NCBI GenBank assembly: GCA_039796295.1
Contig: JBDKJY010000005.1
Location: forward strand, 125,324-189,323
Length of the DNA: 64,000 bases
Direction: 5' to 3'
Origin: Verrucomicrobiota bacterium
GTDB taxonomy: Bacteria > Verrucomicrobiota > Verrucomicrobiia > Limisphaerales > SXTU01
The notes under the pieces: generated by a model
Database searches by the model: none
Seen by the model: only the letters and a program-made list of their open reading frames with translations
What the model was told of the DNA's origin: nothing
In this document: positions 19,020 through 28,370 of the stretch, one piece after another
Position numbering within the stretch: position 1 is the first letter of the stretch
How the letters are laid out: each line of letters opens with the position of its first letter
Program-made: the position numbers and the translations under genes

Positions 19020-20396
19020 TCACTTCACCGCCACCACCGCTTCATCCGTCGCTTCCGCCAGCACGCCGAGCGACTCTTCCAACGCCTCGCGCGGGATCGT
19101 CAACGGCGGGGCGATCTTCACGGTCTGGCCCCACGCTCCGACGGGCGCGAAGAGCAGGAGCCCCTTCCACATGCAGCGTTCGATGATGGCGTGCGCTAGG
19201 TCGTGGTCGGGCTGTTTAGTGCCGGGCTTCAAGGTCTGCATTCCGGCGACCAGCCCGCGTGCAGTGACGTGGCCGATGACGTGCGAGTGCTTGGCTTGGA
19301 TCGCCTTCAAACCCGCCAGCAGCACCGGCTCCAGCGCGGCGGCGTTCTCCGTGAGCTTCTCGCGGATGATCTTCCGCACGCTGGCCAGCGCGGCGGCGAC
19401 GCACACCGGGTTGCCCGTGTGCGTGCTGGTCATCGAGCCGGGTGGAAACTGATCCATGATGGCCTCGCGCCCGATGACCGCCGAGATGGGCAGCGAGCTG
19501 CTGATGCCCTTGCCGCAGCAGATCACGTCGGGTGTCACGCCGTAGTGCTCGAACGCCCAGAACTTACCGGTGCGCCCGAAGCCCGCCTGCACCTCGTCGA
19601 ATGTCAGCACGATCTGGTGGGCGTCGCACCACGCACGGAGCTGGCGCACGAATTCCACCGGGGCGAAGTCCGGCCCGACGCCCTGATAGCTTTCCATGAT
19701 CACGCCCGCCGTCGTCTCCGGCGTAAGGCCGCGTGCGGCAACGGACTTGAGGAACGACTCGAAGCTCGTGTCCTGCTGCCAGTAGCCGTCCGGAAACGGC
19801 GCGGTGATGATCGCGGGGTCTTCGTTCACGATCCAATTTTTCTGCCCCGCCATGCCGCCGGCCTGTTGCGAGCCGAGGGTGCGCCCGTGAAAGCCGCGCT
19901 CCCATCCGATGATGCCAATCTTCTTGTTGCCGCCGACCTTGATGCCGTGTGCGCGGCTCAACTTGATCGCGCACTCCGTCGCCTCGGAGCCAGTGGTGAG
20001 CAGGAAGATCTTCTTCAAGCCCTCCGGCGCGAGCGCGGCGAGTTCGCCCGCCAGCTCCGCGCGCTCCTCGCTGGGAAAAACGTAGTTGTGGAGCAGCCCG
20101 CTGTTCACCTGGTCGAGAATGGCCTGCTTCACCTCCGGCGCGCCGTGGCCGGCATTCGTCACGAGCACACCGCTCGACCAGTCGAGCCAACGGTTGCCGT
20201 ATTTGTCATACACGAAGATGTCCTGCGCGCGGTCCCACACGATGGGCGGCTGCCCGCGCATGGACTGCGGCTCGAACTGCCGCAGCCGTTCCAGCGTCGG
20301 CACCGAGTCCGGGTGCGGCACCGGCGTGAGGATGCGGCGATACTTGGTTTCAACGTGCGGAACCGTTCGCGGTGTGATGCTGAATTCTTTGCCCAT
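19020..20396 (-). CDS. class-III (aspartate aminotransferase family) PLP-dependent aminotransferase
   Basis: GHGAPEV, TFDEVQAGFGRTGKFWAFEHYGVTPDVICCGKGISSSLP (PLP-lysine region), 458 aa. Confidence 0.85.
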   Translation of the reverse strand: MGKEFSITPRTVPHVETKYRRILTPVPHPDSVPTLERLRQFEPQSMRGQPPIVWDRAQDIFVYDKYGNRWLDWSSGVLVTNAGHGAPEVKQAILDQVNSGLLHNYVFPSEERAELAGELAALAPEGLKKIFLLTTGSEATECAIKLSRAHGIKVGGNKKIGIIGWERGFHGRTLGSQQAGGMAGQKNWIVNEDPAIITAPFPDGYWQQDTSFESFLKSVAARGLTPETTAGVIMESYQGVGPDFAPVEFVRQLRAWCDAHQIVLTFDEVQAGFGRTGKFWAFEHYGVTPDVICCGKGISSSLPISAVIGREAIMDQFPPGSMTSTHTGNPVCVAAALASVRKIIREKLTENAAALEPVLLAGLKAIQAKHSHVIGHVTARGLVAGMQTLKPGTKQPDHDLAHAIIERCMWKGLLLFAPVGAWGQTVKIAPPLTIPREALEESLGVLAEATDEAVVAVK

Positions 20397-20879
20397 AACG
20401 CGGCGGAATATGCGCCGAGTCTCGTCAGCGGGCTACGCCAAAAGTCCAAGCTGCTATCACTGTGGGAAAGCCTGCGCTTGCCTAATGTGGCGTGGCGCAG
20501 TTGAGCCAGCCTCATCAGCGCCTGTTGCGCGGCGACCTGGGCTCGATCGACCTGGAGGTGCCGGGCACGGAGGGGCGGAAGCGGAGCGCATGAAAACTCA
20601 CCTCCTACGGCATCGTTCCGTGTAGCCGGAACCAGGTAGTTCAAAGCCGAGCGCCTCATGTAAAAGACGCACAAGACGCGAAGAAAGTGGGAGGCTACGT
20701 TCCGAAAACAGGTCACCCGACGGTGAACTAAACTTAGGTGGAGACCGTGGACTAGCTCGCTTCCCCATTGCGGCCTTGGCGTGAGATTTGATCTTCATGG
20801 ATTCGGCGGACTTCCCCCCGCCCCGCCGGGAGGCCGCCCCAAAGGAACCCGCTTGCGGCCCCCACCTCCATTCCACCGA

Positions 20880-21059
20880 AACCAACGGGGAACCACTTGC
20901 AGTCTGTCGCTTCGCGGGTTTTCAGTCGGCGGGTCGCCCTATTCCAAGCGGTTCAGCAAAGTGCGTGACCGCCGCAGGCTGCAAGCCCGCGCTCGGTCGC
21001 CGACTCGCTGGGCTCCTTCGGAATTCGGGTTAACCGTTCGACCTGGCTCCCCGTTGGTT
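20880..21059. ncRNA. candidate structured RNA or IR-bounded element, family unassigned
   Basis: Perfect 12-bp closing helix AACCAACGGGGA (20880-20891) / TCCCCGTTGGTT (21048-21059). An inner 8-bp helix pairs 20924-20931 with 20998-21005. CUUG/UUCG-type hairpins lie nearby. It sits in a 680-bp gap with no credible ORF. Confidence 0.35.
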
Positions 21060-21076
21060 CTCAGCCGAGGCCCGGG

Positions 21077-22552
21077 CTAGACGGCCATTTCCGGTGGGAA
21101 AATCACGTGCAGGATGGTGCGAAGCACGATGAGGCAATCTCCCAAAAACGACCAGTTCTCCAGATACTCCACATCCGCATTCACCCGGGCCACGATGTCT
21201 TGCGGAGTGTTCGCCTCGCCTCGCAGTCCCCGCACTTGGGCCAGGCCGGTGATGCCCGGTTTGGCGATCGTGCGAACTTGGTAGTTCTGCAAGGCCTGCG
21301 CGAACAAGTCGTTATGTTGGACCATGTGCGGTCGCGGGCCGATGACGCTCATGTCGCCGCGCAGCACATTGTAGAACTGGGGCAGTTCATCCAAGCTCAT
21401 CTTGCGCAGCCAGCGTCCGCCTGGGAAGACGCGGGAGTCGTGCGCGGTGGCTTGCTGCGCCTCGTCGGGGTTGTCCACGCGCATGGTGCGATATTTGAAA
21501 ATGGTGAAGGGCCGGTTTTTCATCCCGGCGCGGGTCTGGGTGAAGTAAACCGGACCGGGCGACTGGCCCCGCTGCATCCCCCACACCAGCACGTGCATCA
21601 GCGGCAGTAGAAGCAAAGTGACCGGGGCGGCGATGGCGAGATCGAAGGTGCGTTTCAGGACGCGGTTGAGGGGGTTCTCCAACGGTTCATCTCGGAGTGT
21701 GAAGAACCGCACGCCATCGTCCTCCACGAGCGTGACCTGGTGGTGGAACTGGCTATCCACGTCGCTGACCACCAGGAGCCGGATGCCGTGCCGCTCGCAG
21801 ATCCCGGCCGCTTCGGCGAGGAAGCCCGCCGGCACCGCCAGCTCCGTGATGATCAGTTGGGTGATTTGATGGCGGGAAACGACGCCCTCCAAATCGCGCA
21901 ACCGGCCGAGCACCACGGGGCCGGCCGCCTGGCCGAGCTCCTCGCACAGCAGGCCGATGGATTCGTAGCCCACCAGCCCTTTGCGCCGCAGCCAGTGGCC
22001 GAGCCGACCGGCACTGGCGGCGCTGCCAGCCAGGAGAATTCGTTCGGCGCGCTCGCCCCGGAACATCTGGCGGCAAATGAACCCGGGCAGATAAGTGTTG
22101 GCCAACAACAGCGTCAGATACAGCGCGGGCAACAGGGAGAACATGAACAAGCGGCTGATGCCCATGTCCTTCGTCGCGGCCAGATACAGGAACAGCAGGG
22201 CATAAGCGGTCCCCACCTGCTTCAGCGCGAAGTGGTGGGCGACTTGGCGGCCGGAGGTGATCAACTGGTTGCGCTCGCGGATGAAGGTCGTCGCCAGCAC
22301 GACGCCAATGGAGATGATTTCGCTGTAGAGAAAATGCGGCGGGGTCTCCGGGCCGGCGAGCGTGATGATGCCAGCCAAGTGGAACCCTGCCGCCAAGGTC
22401 CAGAAGCAGGCCTGCGACAACAGCAGATGCCCGTAAACGCACATCAAGTAAACACCCCGCGTGCGGTTGGAGACCATATCAGGAGGGCGCGCCGCTGTGG
22501 GCGGCGACGGGCGCGGGGACCGAAGTGGGCTGGCGTGGACGGAGCACTGCAT
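21077..22552 (-). CDS. exopolysaccharide priming polyprenyl-phosphate sugar phosphotransferase (WbaP-like)
   Basis: C-terminal bacterial sugar-transferase domain KRTFDLAIAAP...PGPVYFTQTRAGMKNRPFTIFKYRTM...LDELPQFYNVLRGDMSVIGPRPH, with N-terminal TM segments. The maximal ORF is given; the Pro/Arg-rich first ~25-36 codons suggest the true start may be ATG 22477 or 22444. Confidence 0.85.
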   Translation of the reverse strand: MQCSVHASPLRSPRPSPPTAARPPDMVSNRTRGVYLMCVYGHLLLSQACFWTLAAGFHLAGIITLAGPETPPHFLYSEIISIGVVLATTFIRERNQLITSGRQVAHHFALKQVGTAYALLFLYLAATKDMGISRLFMFSLLPALYLTLLLANTYLPGFICRQMFRGERAERILLAGSAASAGRLGHWLRRKGLVGYESIGLLCEELGQAAGPVVLGRLRDLEGVVSRHQITQLIITELAVPAGFLAEAAGICERHGIRLLVVSDVDSQFHHQVTLVEDDGVRFFTLRDEPLENPLNRVLKRTFDLAIAAPVTLLLLPLMHVLVWGMQRGQSPGPVYFTQTRAGMKNRPFTIFKYRTMRVDNPDEAQQATAHDSRVFPGGRWLRKMSLDELPQFYNVLRGDMSVIGPRPHMVQHNDLFAQALQNYQVRTIAKPGITGLAQVRGLRGEANTPQDIVARVNADVEYLENWSFLGDCLIVLRTILHVIFPPEMAV

Positions 22553-22699
22553 TCGAGATAGCGCATGGGTGGGCAGCTTGAAAGCGGGGGAATGTCACAA
22601 GTTGGCGACGGCGTAACCTGAACGTCGCTTGTTACACGGGGAGGAAATGAGGAAGTCTCAGCCACCTTTCTGGCACTACATGAGACTGACACTACGCGC

Positions 22700-23980
22700 G
22701 TGAACACTCTATCAAGCGGAGCAAAACCAACCACCTCCTCCTCCTTCCGGCTGGCCCGAGCGGCGGGCGTTCTGGGGATCATCAGCGGCGTCACAGCGAC
22801 GGCTCTGGCCCAAGAGGCACCCCGCGCTTCCATTGCGGGCGAGGAAGCGGCGCTCACCAAGCGCAAGGCGCTCGAAGCAGCTCCCTACAACCTGCAATAC
22901 GGTCGGCTCAAGGCCCAGCTCGATGCGGGACTTAACTTCGAGTTTAACGACAACATCAATCTCGCCGACGTTGGCCAGCAGACGGACTTGATCGTCCGGC
23001 CCCAGCTCCAGCTCCGCTCCTTCCTGCCGGTCACGGCCATCAACTCGCTGAATTTGTCCGTCGGCGTCGCCCCGGCGCTCTACGTGCAGCACTCCGAATA
23101 CAACCGAGTGTTGATCACCCCCGGTTCGGAGCTGGCGATGGATTTGTATCTGGGGGACTACCTCCTGAACTTTCACGACCAGTTCTCTTACACGCAGGAT
23201 CCAATCGCCGTGGGCAGCGTCAGCGGGTCGGCGGTTTACGGTGGCTTCAACAACCGCGCCGGAACGCGGCTCGTCGGCGATTTCAACGAGCTGATTCTGA
23301 GTCTGGGCTACGACCACGTCACCTTCCAGAGCAGCACGCGGCAATTTGAGCAGCTCAATCATGCGGCGGAACGGATTAACGCCCACGGGACGTTCCAGTT
23401 CAGCCGCACCTTCTCGGCCGGGCTTTCCGCCACCGGTGGCTACACTCACTACGACCAGAACTTCCTGAACGACAATCGCAGCTACAGCTTCGGGGTGGAC
23501 ACCGTGCTAGCGCTTTCGCGACGCCTCCTCTTGAGCGCGGAGGCGGGCATCAGCTTTTATGACTTCGACGGTGGCGGCACGGTGGGACAAACGCCTAACC
23601 AGCGGTCCTTCTACTTGAGCGCGGCGGCGGAACACCGTCTCGGGCAGGACCTGAGCCACACCTTGCGCGTCAGCCGGGAGTTACAATTGGGCGTGGCGTC
23701 CGACGTGGTGGAAGTGTGGTCGGCGCGCTATCAGGCCGAGCTCAAGGTGGCGGAGCGGACCTTCCTAAGCCCTCGGTTCTTCTATGAGCATGGCCGGGAG
23801 CTGAAGACTGCCGGCGGGGAATCATACCACCGCTTCGGGGCTGGCTTGGGCGTGACGCGGCAGTTGTCCGAGAAGCTGCGGGGCGGCATCAGCTACGCCT
23901 TCACGCTCAAGGATTCCGACCTCGCACTGCGCAGCTACGGGCAGAACAGTGTAACGCTGGATTTGAGCTACCGGTTCTAG
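22700..23980 (+). CDS. outer-membrane beta-barrel protein, EPS-locus associated
   Basis: GTG start, signal peptide ...GVTATALAQEAP, alternating beta-strand pattern, C-terminal LDLSYRF (terminal Phe). Confidence 0.65.
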   Translation: MNTLSSGAKPTTSSSFRLARAAGVLGIISGVTATALAQEAPRASIAGEEAALTKRKALEAAPYNLQYGRLKAQLDAGLNFEFNDNINLADVGQQTDLIVRPQLQLRSFLPVTAINSLNLSVGVAPALYVQHSEYNRVLITPGSELAMDLYLGDYLLNFHDQFSYTQDPIAVGSVSGSAVYGGFNNRAGTRLVGDFNELILSLGYDHVTFQSSTRQFEQLNHAAERINAHGTFQFSRTFSAGLSATGGYTHYDQNFLNDNRSYSFGVDTVLALSRRLLLSAEAGISFYDFDGGGTVGQTPNQRSFYLSAAAEHRLGQDLSHTLRVSRELQLGVASDVVEVWSARYQAELKVAERTFLSPRFFYEHGRELKTAGGESYHRFGAGLGVTRQLSEKLRGGISYAFTLKDSDLALRSYGQNSVTLDLSYRF

Positions 23981-24054
23981 CGCGTTTCACCGAAACGACA
24001 CCGAACTGCCATGTGTCCGACACGCGGTCGGACCAGTGTCTTCTTCTGATATTT

Positions 24055-24747
24055 ATGAAGACCCGTCCCGCGCATCGGCCACCCCTGCTCCCGAAACCTG
24101 TGGTTTGGTTGAGCCGGTTTGCAGTGTTCGTGCTCTGCCTCGCTCCGCTGGCGCTTTTGCACGCGGCGGAACCGCCACCGACCGCGACCGCCCTGGCAGC
24201 CACGGCGTCCATGGACGCGCTGGACGACAAGCAGAAGCTCTCCAACGGTGATCGGCTGAGTTTCCGCATCGTGGAGGACAAGGAAGATCCCAAGCCCCTT
24301 ACCATTTCCGACACCGGCGAGCTGGAAGTGCCCTACATCGGTCGGGTCAGCGCGGCGGACAAGACCTGCCAGGCGCTGGCGAAGGAGATTAAAGCCGCGC
24401 TGGAAAAGAAATATTACCTCCGGGCCACGGTGCTCATCGGCGTGGACCTGTTCAGCAAGAACCGCGGCAAAGTCTATCTGGTGGGCCAGGTGCGCACCTC
24501 CGGTCCGCAGGAAATTCCCAGCGACGAGGCGCTCACACTCACCAAGGTGATCTTGCGCTCGGGCGGGTTCACAGATTTTGCGGACAAGAAGCACGTCAAG
24601 GTCACCCGCAAGCGCGCCGCTGGCCAGGAGGCGGAGACCTTCACCGTGGACGTCTCGGAAATCATCGAGAAAGGGAAGATGGACAAAGACCTTCCATTGC
24701 AAAGCGGCGACCTGGTGTTCGTGCCGGCCCGGCTCGTTAACTTCTAA
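24055..24747 (+). CDS. polysaccharide export protein (Wza/Poly_export + SLBB-like)
   Basis: LSNGDRLSFRIVEDKEDPKPLTISDTGELEVPYIGRVSAADKTCQALAKEIKAALEKKYY and DLPLQSGDLVFVP. ATG 24055 gives a signal peptide; the listed ORF begins at GTG 24013. Confidence 0.8.
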   Translation: MKTRPAHRPPLLPKPVVWLSRFAVFVLCLAPLALLHAAEPPPTATALAATASMDALDDKQKLSNGDRLSFRIVEDKEDPKPLTISDTGELEVPYIGRVSAADKTCQALAKEIKAALEKKYYLRATVLIGVDLFSKNRGKVYLVGQVRTSGPQEIPSDEALTLTKVILRSGGFTDFADKKHVKVTRKRAAGQEAETFTVDVSEIIEKGKMDKDLPLQSGDLVFVPARLVNF

Positions 24748-24752
24748 CCATC

Positions 24753-26855
24753 ATGAGCCACCGCAACGGCACCGATCCCTTGGAAGCCCTGGCTGCGTCC
24801 CCACAGGTCTCGCGCATTGACCGCTACGTGCGCTTCGTCGCGCGCAAATGGTGGCTCGTGGCGCTCACGATCATCGCCTGCGTCGGCGGCCAAGCCTACA
24901 TCGCGGTCAACGAACCGACGGAATACAGCTCCTTTGCCCGCATGATGGTGGGCGGCAAGGTGAAGCTCCCGGACAGCGGCCTCTTCTCCGAGGACGCGCT
25001 GAATTTCTTCGGCACGCAGATGGAGCTGATGCAAAGCGATAAGATCAAAGAGCGCGCTCATGCTGCGGTGAAGGCGGCGCAACCGGACCTCAACCGGGCC
25101 ACGGTGCAGCTCCAGGTCACCCAGCTCCGCCGCACTTCAATCTTCCAATTGAAGGCCAGCAGTCTCGACGGGGCGTATGCTCAGGCATACCTGAACGCGC
25201 TGGTGGAAGAATACCTCGCCTACAAGAAGGAGATGCGGGTGGTCGCCTCCGACGACACGCTAGCCTCGCTTACGACTAAGCTCCTCCAGCAGGAGAAGGA
25301 GTTGAAGAGCGAGCAGGACAAACTTCACCAGTTCAAGAAAGCCAACAACGTCGCACTCCTTCAAGAAATGGGCTCGGCAGCCGGCAACTACCTCGCCCGC
25401 CTCACCACGCAGCTCTCGGATCTCCAAGTGGAGGAGAAGGTGCTGGCCGCCCTCACCGCCGAGGAGAACGTCGGTAATCAGGTCAAAACGCGCGGCACGG
25501 AATCCAAGGCGGTCAACGATTCTTCCACCGCCGGCATCCTCCCGCCCGCCGACTACCTCACGGCCAAGCAGCAAGTTCAGTTGCTCAAATTCCAGCGGGA
25601 CGAGTGGGGCCTGTTCATGCGCCCCGAGCACCCGAAGATGGTGAAGCTGGCCGAGGACATTGCCCGCGTGGACAAACTCATCGAGGTTTATCATCAGCAG
25701 AGCCGGGACCAGTTGGAATCGGCGCGCCGCTCCGTGCGGCTGCGCATGACGAGCGTCGAAACCTCCATCCTCACCTGGGAATCCAAGGTGCTCGAAGCCA
25801 ACACCCGCATGGCGGATTTCGACCAGCTCAAGGCCACGCTCGCCCGTTCGCAGGCCCTCTACGACCAACTGTTGCGCCTGCTTCAAAACGTGGACGTGAA
25901 CAAAAATCTGGAGCCGGAAAGCATCGTCACGCTCGAACGCGCCACGCTCGCCAGCGCGTTGAACCAACTGCCGCTCAAGCTCGCCGTTGCCGCGACTGTC
26001 GGCCTGATCTTCGGGCTGGGCTTGCTGGTCGTCTGGGAGCGCAGCGATGACCGGCTTTCGAGCCTCAATGAGCTTAAGGAGCAGTTCGAGGAAACCGTTG
26101 TGGCACAGGTGCCGCAGGTGCCTGGCGTTTCCCGGCGACGGCCGCTCAAGCCGATCAGTGCGAACGACGAACGCTCGATTTTTGCCGAGAGCCTCCGCCA
26201 CGTGTATTCCTCACTCCAGTTCCGGGACAGCGCCGGGCGCGCCCCCAAGTATCTGCTCGTCACCAGCGCCGTGCCCGACGAAGGCAAGTCCACCATCGCC
26301 GCGAACTTGGCCATGACGATGGCCCTCGCCGGTTCCCGCGTGCTGTTGATTGACACGGACCTGACGCGTGGCGCGCTCCACCAGACGTTCGGGGTGCCGG
26401 TCGCGCCTGGCCTGGTCGAACTCTTCTCGCAGGACCTGCCTTTTGAAAAAGTCATCACCTCCGGATCGCATCCGAATCTGCACCTGATTCCGCGCGGGCA
26501 GATGAACGAGTTGCCCCATTCCTTCTACCTCAACCCCACGCAGTGCCAGCAGCTCAAGGACTGGGCCAAGGCGTATGACTACGTCCTCTTCGACAGCGCG
26601 CCCCTGTTCGCCGGCGCGGACGCCGTCACGCTGGCTCCGCAAATGGACGGCGTGTTCATGGTCGTGCGCCGCCGCTACAGCCGCGCCGGTGTGTTGACGC
26701 AAGCGCTGGAAATGCTCTACCAGCGCCACGCCCGAGTCCTCGGCATCGTGTTCAACCGCGCGGACGCTGTGTCCGACGTTTACTACCAATACGGTTACAA
26801 AACCTACGGCGTGCGTTCGCGCCCGGCTGAAAAGACCAAGCCCGCCCGCGTGTAG
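24753..26855 (+). CDS. chain-length determinant / tyrosine autokinase (GumC/Wzc-like)
   Basis: N-terminal Wzz-like TM, a long coiled coil, a second TM, then a C-terminal P-loop LLVTSAVPDEGKSTIAANLA and DTDL (Walker A'/B). Confidence 0.85.
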   Translation: MSHRNGTDPLEALAASPQVSRIDRYVRFVARKWWLVALTIIACVGGQAYIAVNEPTEYSSFARMMVGGKVKLPDSGLFSEDALNFFGTQMELMQSDKIKERAHAAVKAAQPDLNRATVQLQVTQLRRTSIFQLKASSLDGAYAQAYLNALVEEYLAYKKEMRVVASDDTLASLTTKLLQQEKELKSEQDKLHQFKKANNVALLQEMGSAAGNYLARLTTQLSDLQVEEKVLAALTAEENVGNQVKTRGTESKAVNDSSTAGILPPADYLTAKQQVQLLKFQRDEWGLFMRPEHPKMVKLAEDIARVDKLIEVYHQQSRDQLESARRSVRLRMTSVETSILTWESKVLEANTRMADFDQLKATLARSQALYDQLLRLLQNVDVNKNLEPESIVTLERATLASALNQLPLKLAVAATVGLIFGLGLLVVWERSDDRLSSLNELKEQFEETVVAQVPQVPGVSRRRPLKPISANDERSIFAESLRHVYSSLQFRDSAGRAPKYLLVTSAVPDEGKSTIAANLAMTMALAGSRVLLIDTDLTRGALHQTFGVPVAPGLVELFSQDLPFEKVITSGSHPNLHLIPRGQMNELPHSFYLNPTQCQQLKDWAKAYDYVLFDSAPLFAGADAVTLAPQMDGVFMVVRRRYSRAGVLTQALEMLYQRHARVLGIVFNRADAVSDVYYQYGYKTYGVRSRPAEKTKPARV

Positions 26856-26873
26856 CCGCGCGCTCTTCGAGCC

Positions 26874-28370
26874 ATGTGGCGCCGTCTGGCCAAACACTCC
26901 TTCAGCATCGCGCTCGGCCAGGGCGTGAACCTCGCCCAGCAGTTGTTGCTACCCGTCGCCTTCCTGCGGCAATACGGCACGGAAGGCTACGGCTCCTGGC
27001 TCGTGGTCATGGCTGCCGTGGGCCAGTTCGGAAACCTCGATTTCGGGCTGCAAACGTATCTCGTCAACCGGCTCACCATGCTCCACGAAGCCGGGAACTT
27101 CGCCGAGTTTCGCCGCCTCCAGTCCATCGGGCTCCGCCTCGCGTTGGGCGTGGTGGGCATCGGCGCGGTTGGCCTCCTCGCCGTCCACCAACTTCCGGTC
27201 GAACGCTGGTTGAAGTTGAACTGGGCGGGTGACGAAGCCCGGCTGGTCGTGCTCCTGCTGGGCGCATGGGTGCTGTTGCGCATCGTTCAAGGTCAGCTCG
27301 CCGCCGTGCTCCGCGCCTCGGGCCAACCGCATCGCGCCCAGCACTGGGAGAACTTCCAGCGTGTCCTGCTGCTCGCCAGCGCGTTGGCGCTGCTGCACTG
27401 GCGCTGCGGCTTTGTCTGGCTCGCGGCGGCGCACGTCGGCTGTGCTTTGGTGGGCATCGCCCTCGTGCTATGGGACACGGGTTCCAGTCCGGTCGCCCCG
27501 TCGCTTCGGGCTTGGGACGCTCACACGGCGCGGCAAATGGTTCGCCCCAGTTTGTTCTTTGGCCTGACCACCTTGAACTTCCTTGTGCTCTTTGAAGCCC
27601 CGTTGCTGATTCTGCAATGGACCCTCGGGCCGGTCGCCGTCGTCACCTTCGCCACGACGCGGACCGTGTTCTCCGCCGCCCGACAACTGCTCACGCCCGT
27701 GCAACTGGCGGTGCAACAGGAGCTGCCGCGCGCACTCGCCGCCACCGACCCGGGACAACTGCGCCAGCTCTACCGCTTCAGTGAAGTCATTGCCCTCGCC
27801 GGGGGCAGCGCGCTGATCACGGGCTTCGCGCTGCTGAGTCCCTGGCTGATGGAGCTGTGGCTGCACGGACGGATTGAGCCGACACCCGTGCTGCTGGCGC
27901 TGATGGCGGCGGTCAGTCTGGCGACCGTTCTCAAGGACAACCGCAACGCGTTGCCCCTCTCTACGAACCGCCACGAACGCGCGTCCCTGCTAGTCGCGGG
28001 GGGCTATCTTGCAATGAGCCTAGTGGGCTTCTGGCTAGCACAAGTCTGGCGCGAGCCTGGCCTGCTGGTCGCTTGGCTTGTCACCGAACTCACGCTAGGC
28101 GTCCTCTTGCAGAGACAAAACTTTCACCAGTTTGGCTGGGGCCAGCCGCCTTTGCCGTTCGTGCCGGTCGGCCTGACGGTGGGCGTCGGCGCGGTCACTT
28201 TCCTAGCCCTGACGGGGTGCGAGGGAGCGCCGCTGCTTGTCCGCATCGCTTGTGCAGTTCTGCTCGCCGGCGTGGCTGGGGTGACCGCGCTTGCGCTGCT
28301 GGGCGAAGGCATCGTCAAGCCCACGCAACGCGCCCTGACCGCGCTCAACCTTTGCCGACAGGAGAGCTGA
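26874..28370 (+). CDS. oligosaccharide flippase (MOP/Wzx-like) membrane protein
   Basis: 498 aa, polytopic. The N-terminus MWRRLAKHSFSIALGQGVNLAQQLLLPVAFLRQYG is typical of the polysaccharide biosynthesis protein family. Confidence 0.7.
   Translation: MWRRLAKHSFSIALGQGVNLAQQLLLPVAFLRQYGTEGYGSWLVVMAAVGQFGNLDFGLQTYLVNRLTMLHEAGNFAEFRRLQSIGLRLALGVVGIGAVGLLAVHQLPVERWLKLNWAGDEARLVVLLLGAWVLLRIVQGQLAAVLRASGQPHRAQHWENFQRVLLLASALALLHWRCGFVWLAAAHVGCALVGIALVLWDTGSSPVAPSLRAWDAHTARQMVRPSLFFGLTTLNFLVLFEAPLLILQWTLGPVAVVTFATTRTVFSAARQLLTPVQLAVQQELPRALAATDPGQLRQLYRFSEVIALAGGSALITGFALLSPWLMELWLHGRIEPTPVLLALMAAVSLATVLKDNRNALPLSTNRHERASLLVAGGYLAMSLVGFWLAQVWREPGLLVAWLVTELTLGVLLQRQNFHQFGWGQPPLPFVPVGLTVGVGAVTFLALTGCEGAPLLVRIACAVLLAGVAGVTALALLGEGIVKPTQRALTALNLCRQES

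Noticed and set aside
20400-21076. Tested the 680-bp gap for RNase P RNA, tmRNA, SRP RNA and 6S RNA signatures
   Set aside because: GGGGAAGTCCGCCG only loosely resembles the RNase P CR-I GGAAAGTCCGGGC, and no CR-V partner is present. There is no tmRNA T-arm or CCA end pairing with the GGGGAGC start. CCGAAGGAGCCCAGC lacks the invariant SRP GGAAGCAGCC. A 13-nt match to E. coli 6S (CAGCCTGCGGCGG) sits in the wrong position. It is kept only as an unassigned structured candidate.
22671-22686. TGGCAC upstream of the EPS operon, considered as a sigma-54 -24 element
   Set aside because: The required -12 TTGC element at the proper spacing is missing (sequence reads TGGCACtacatGAGAC).
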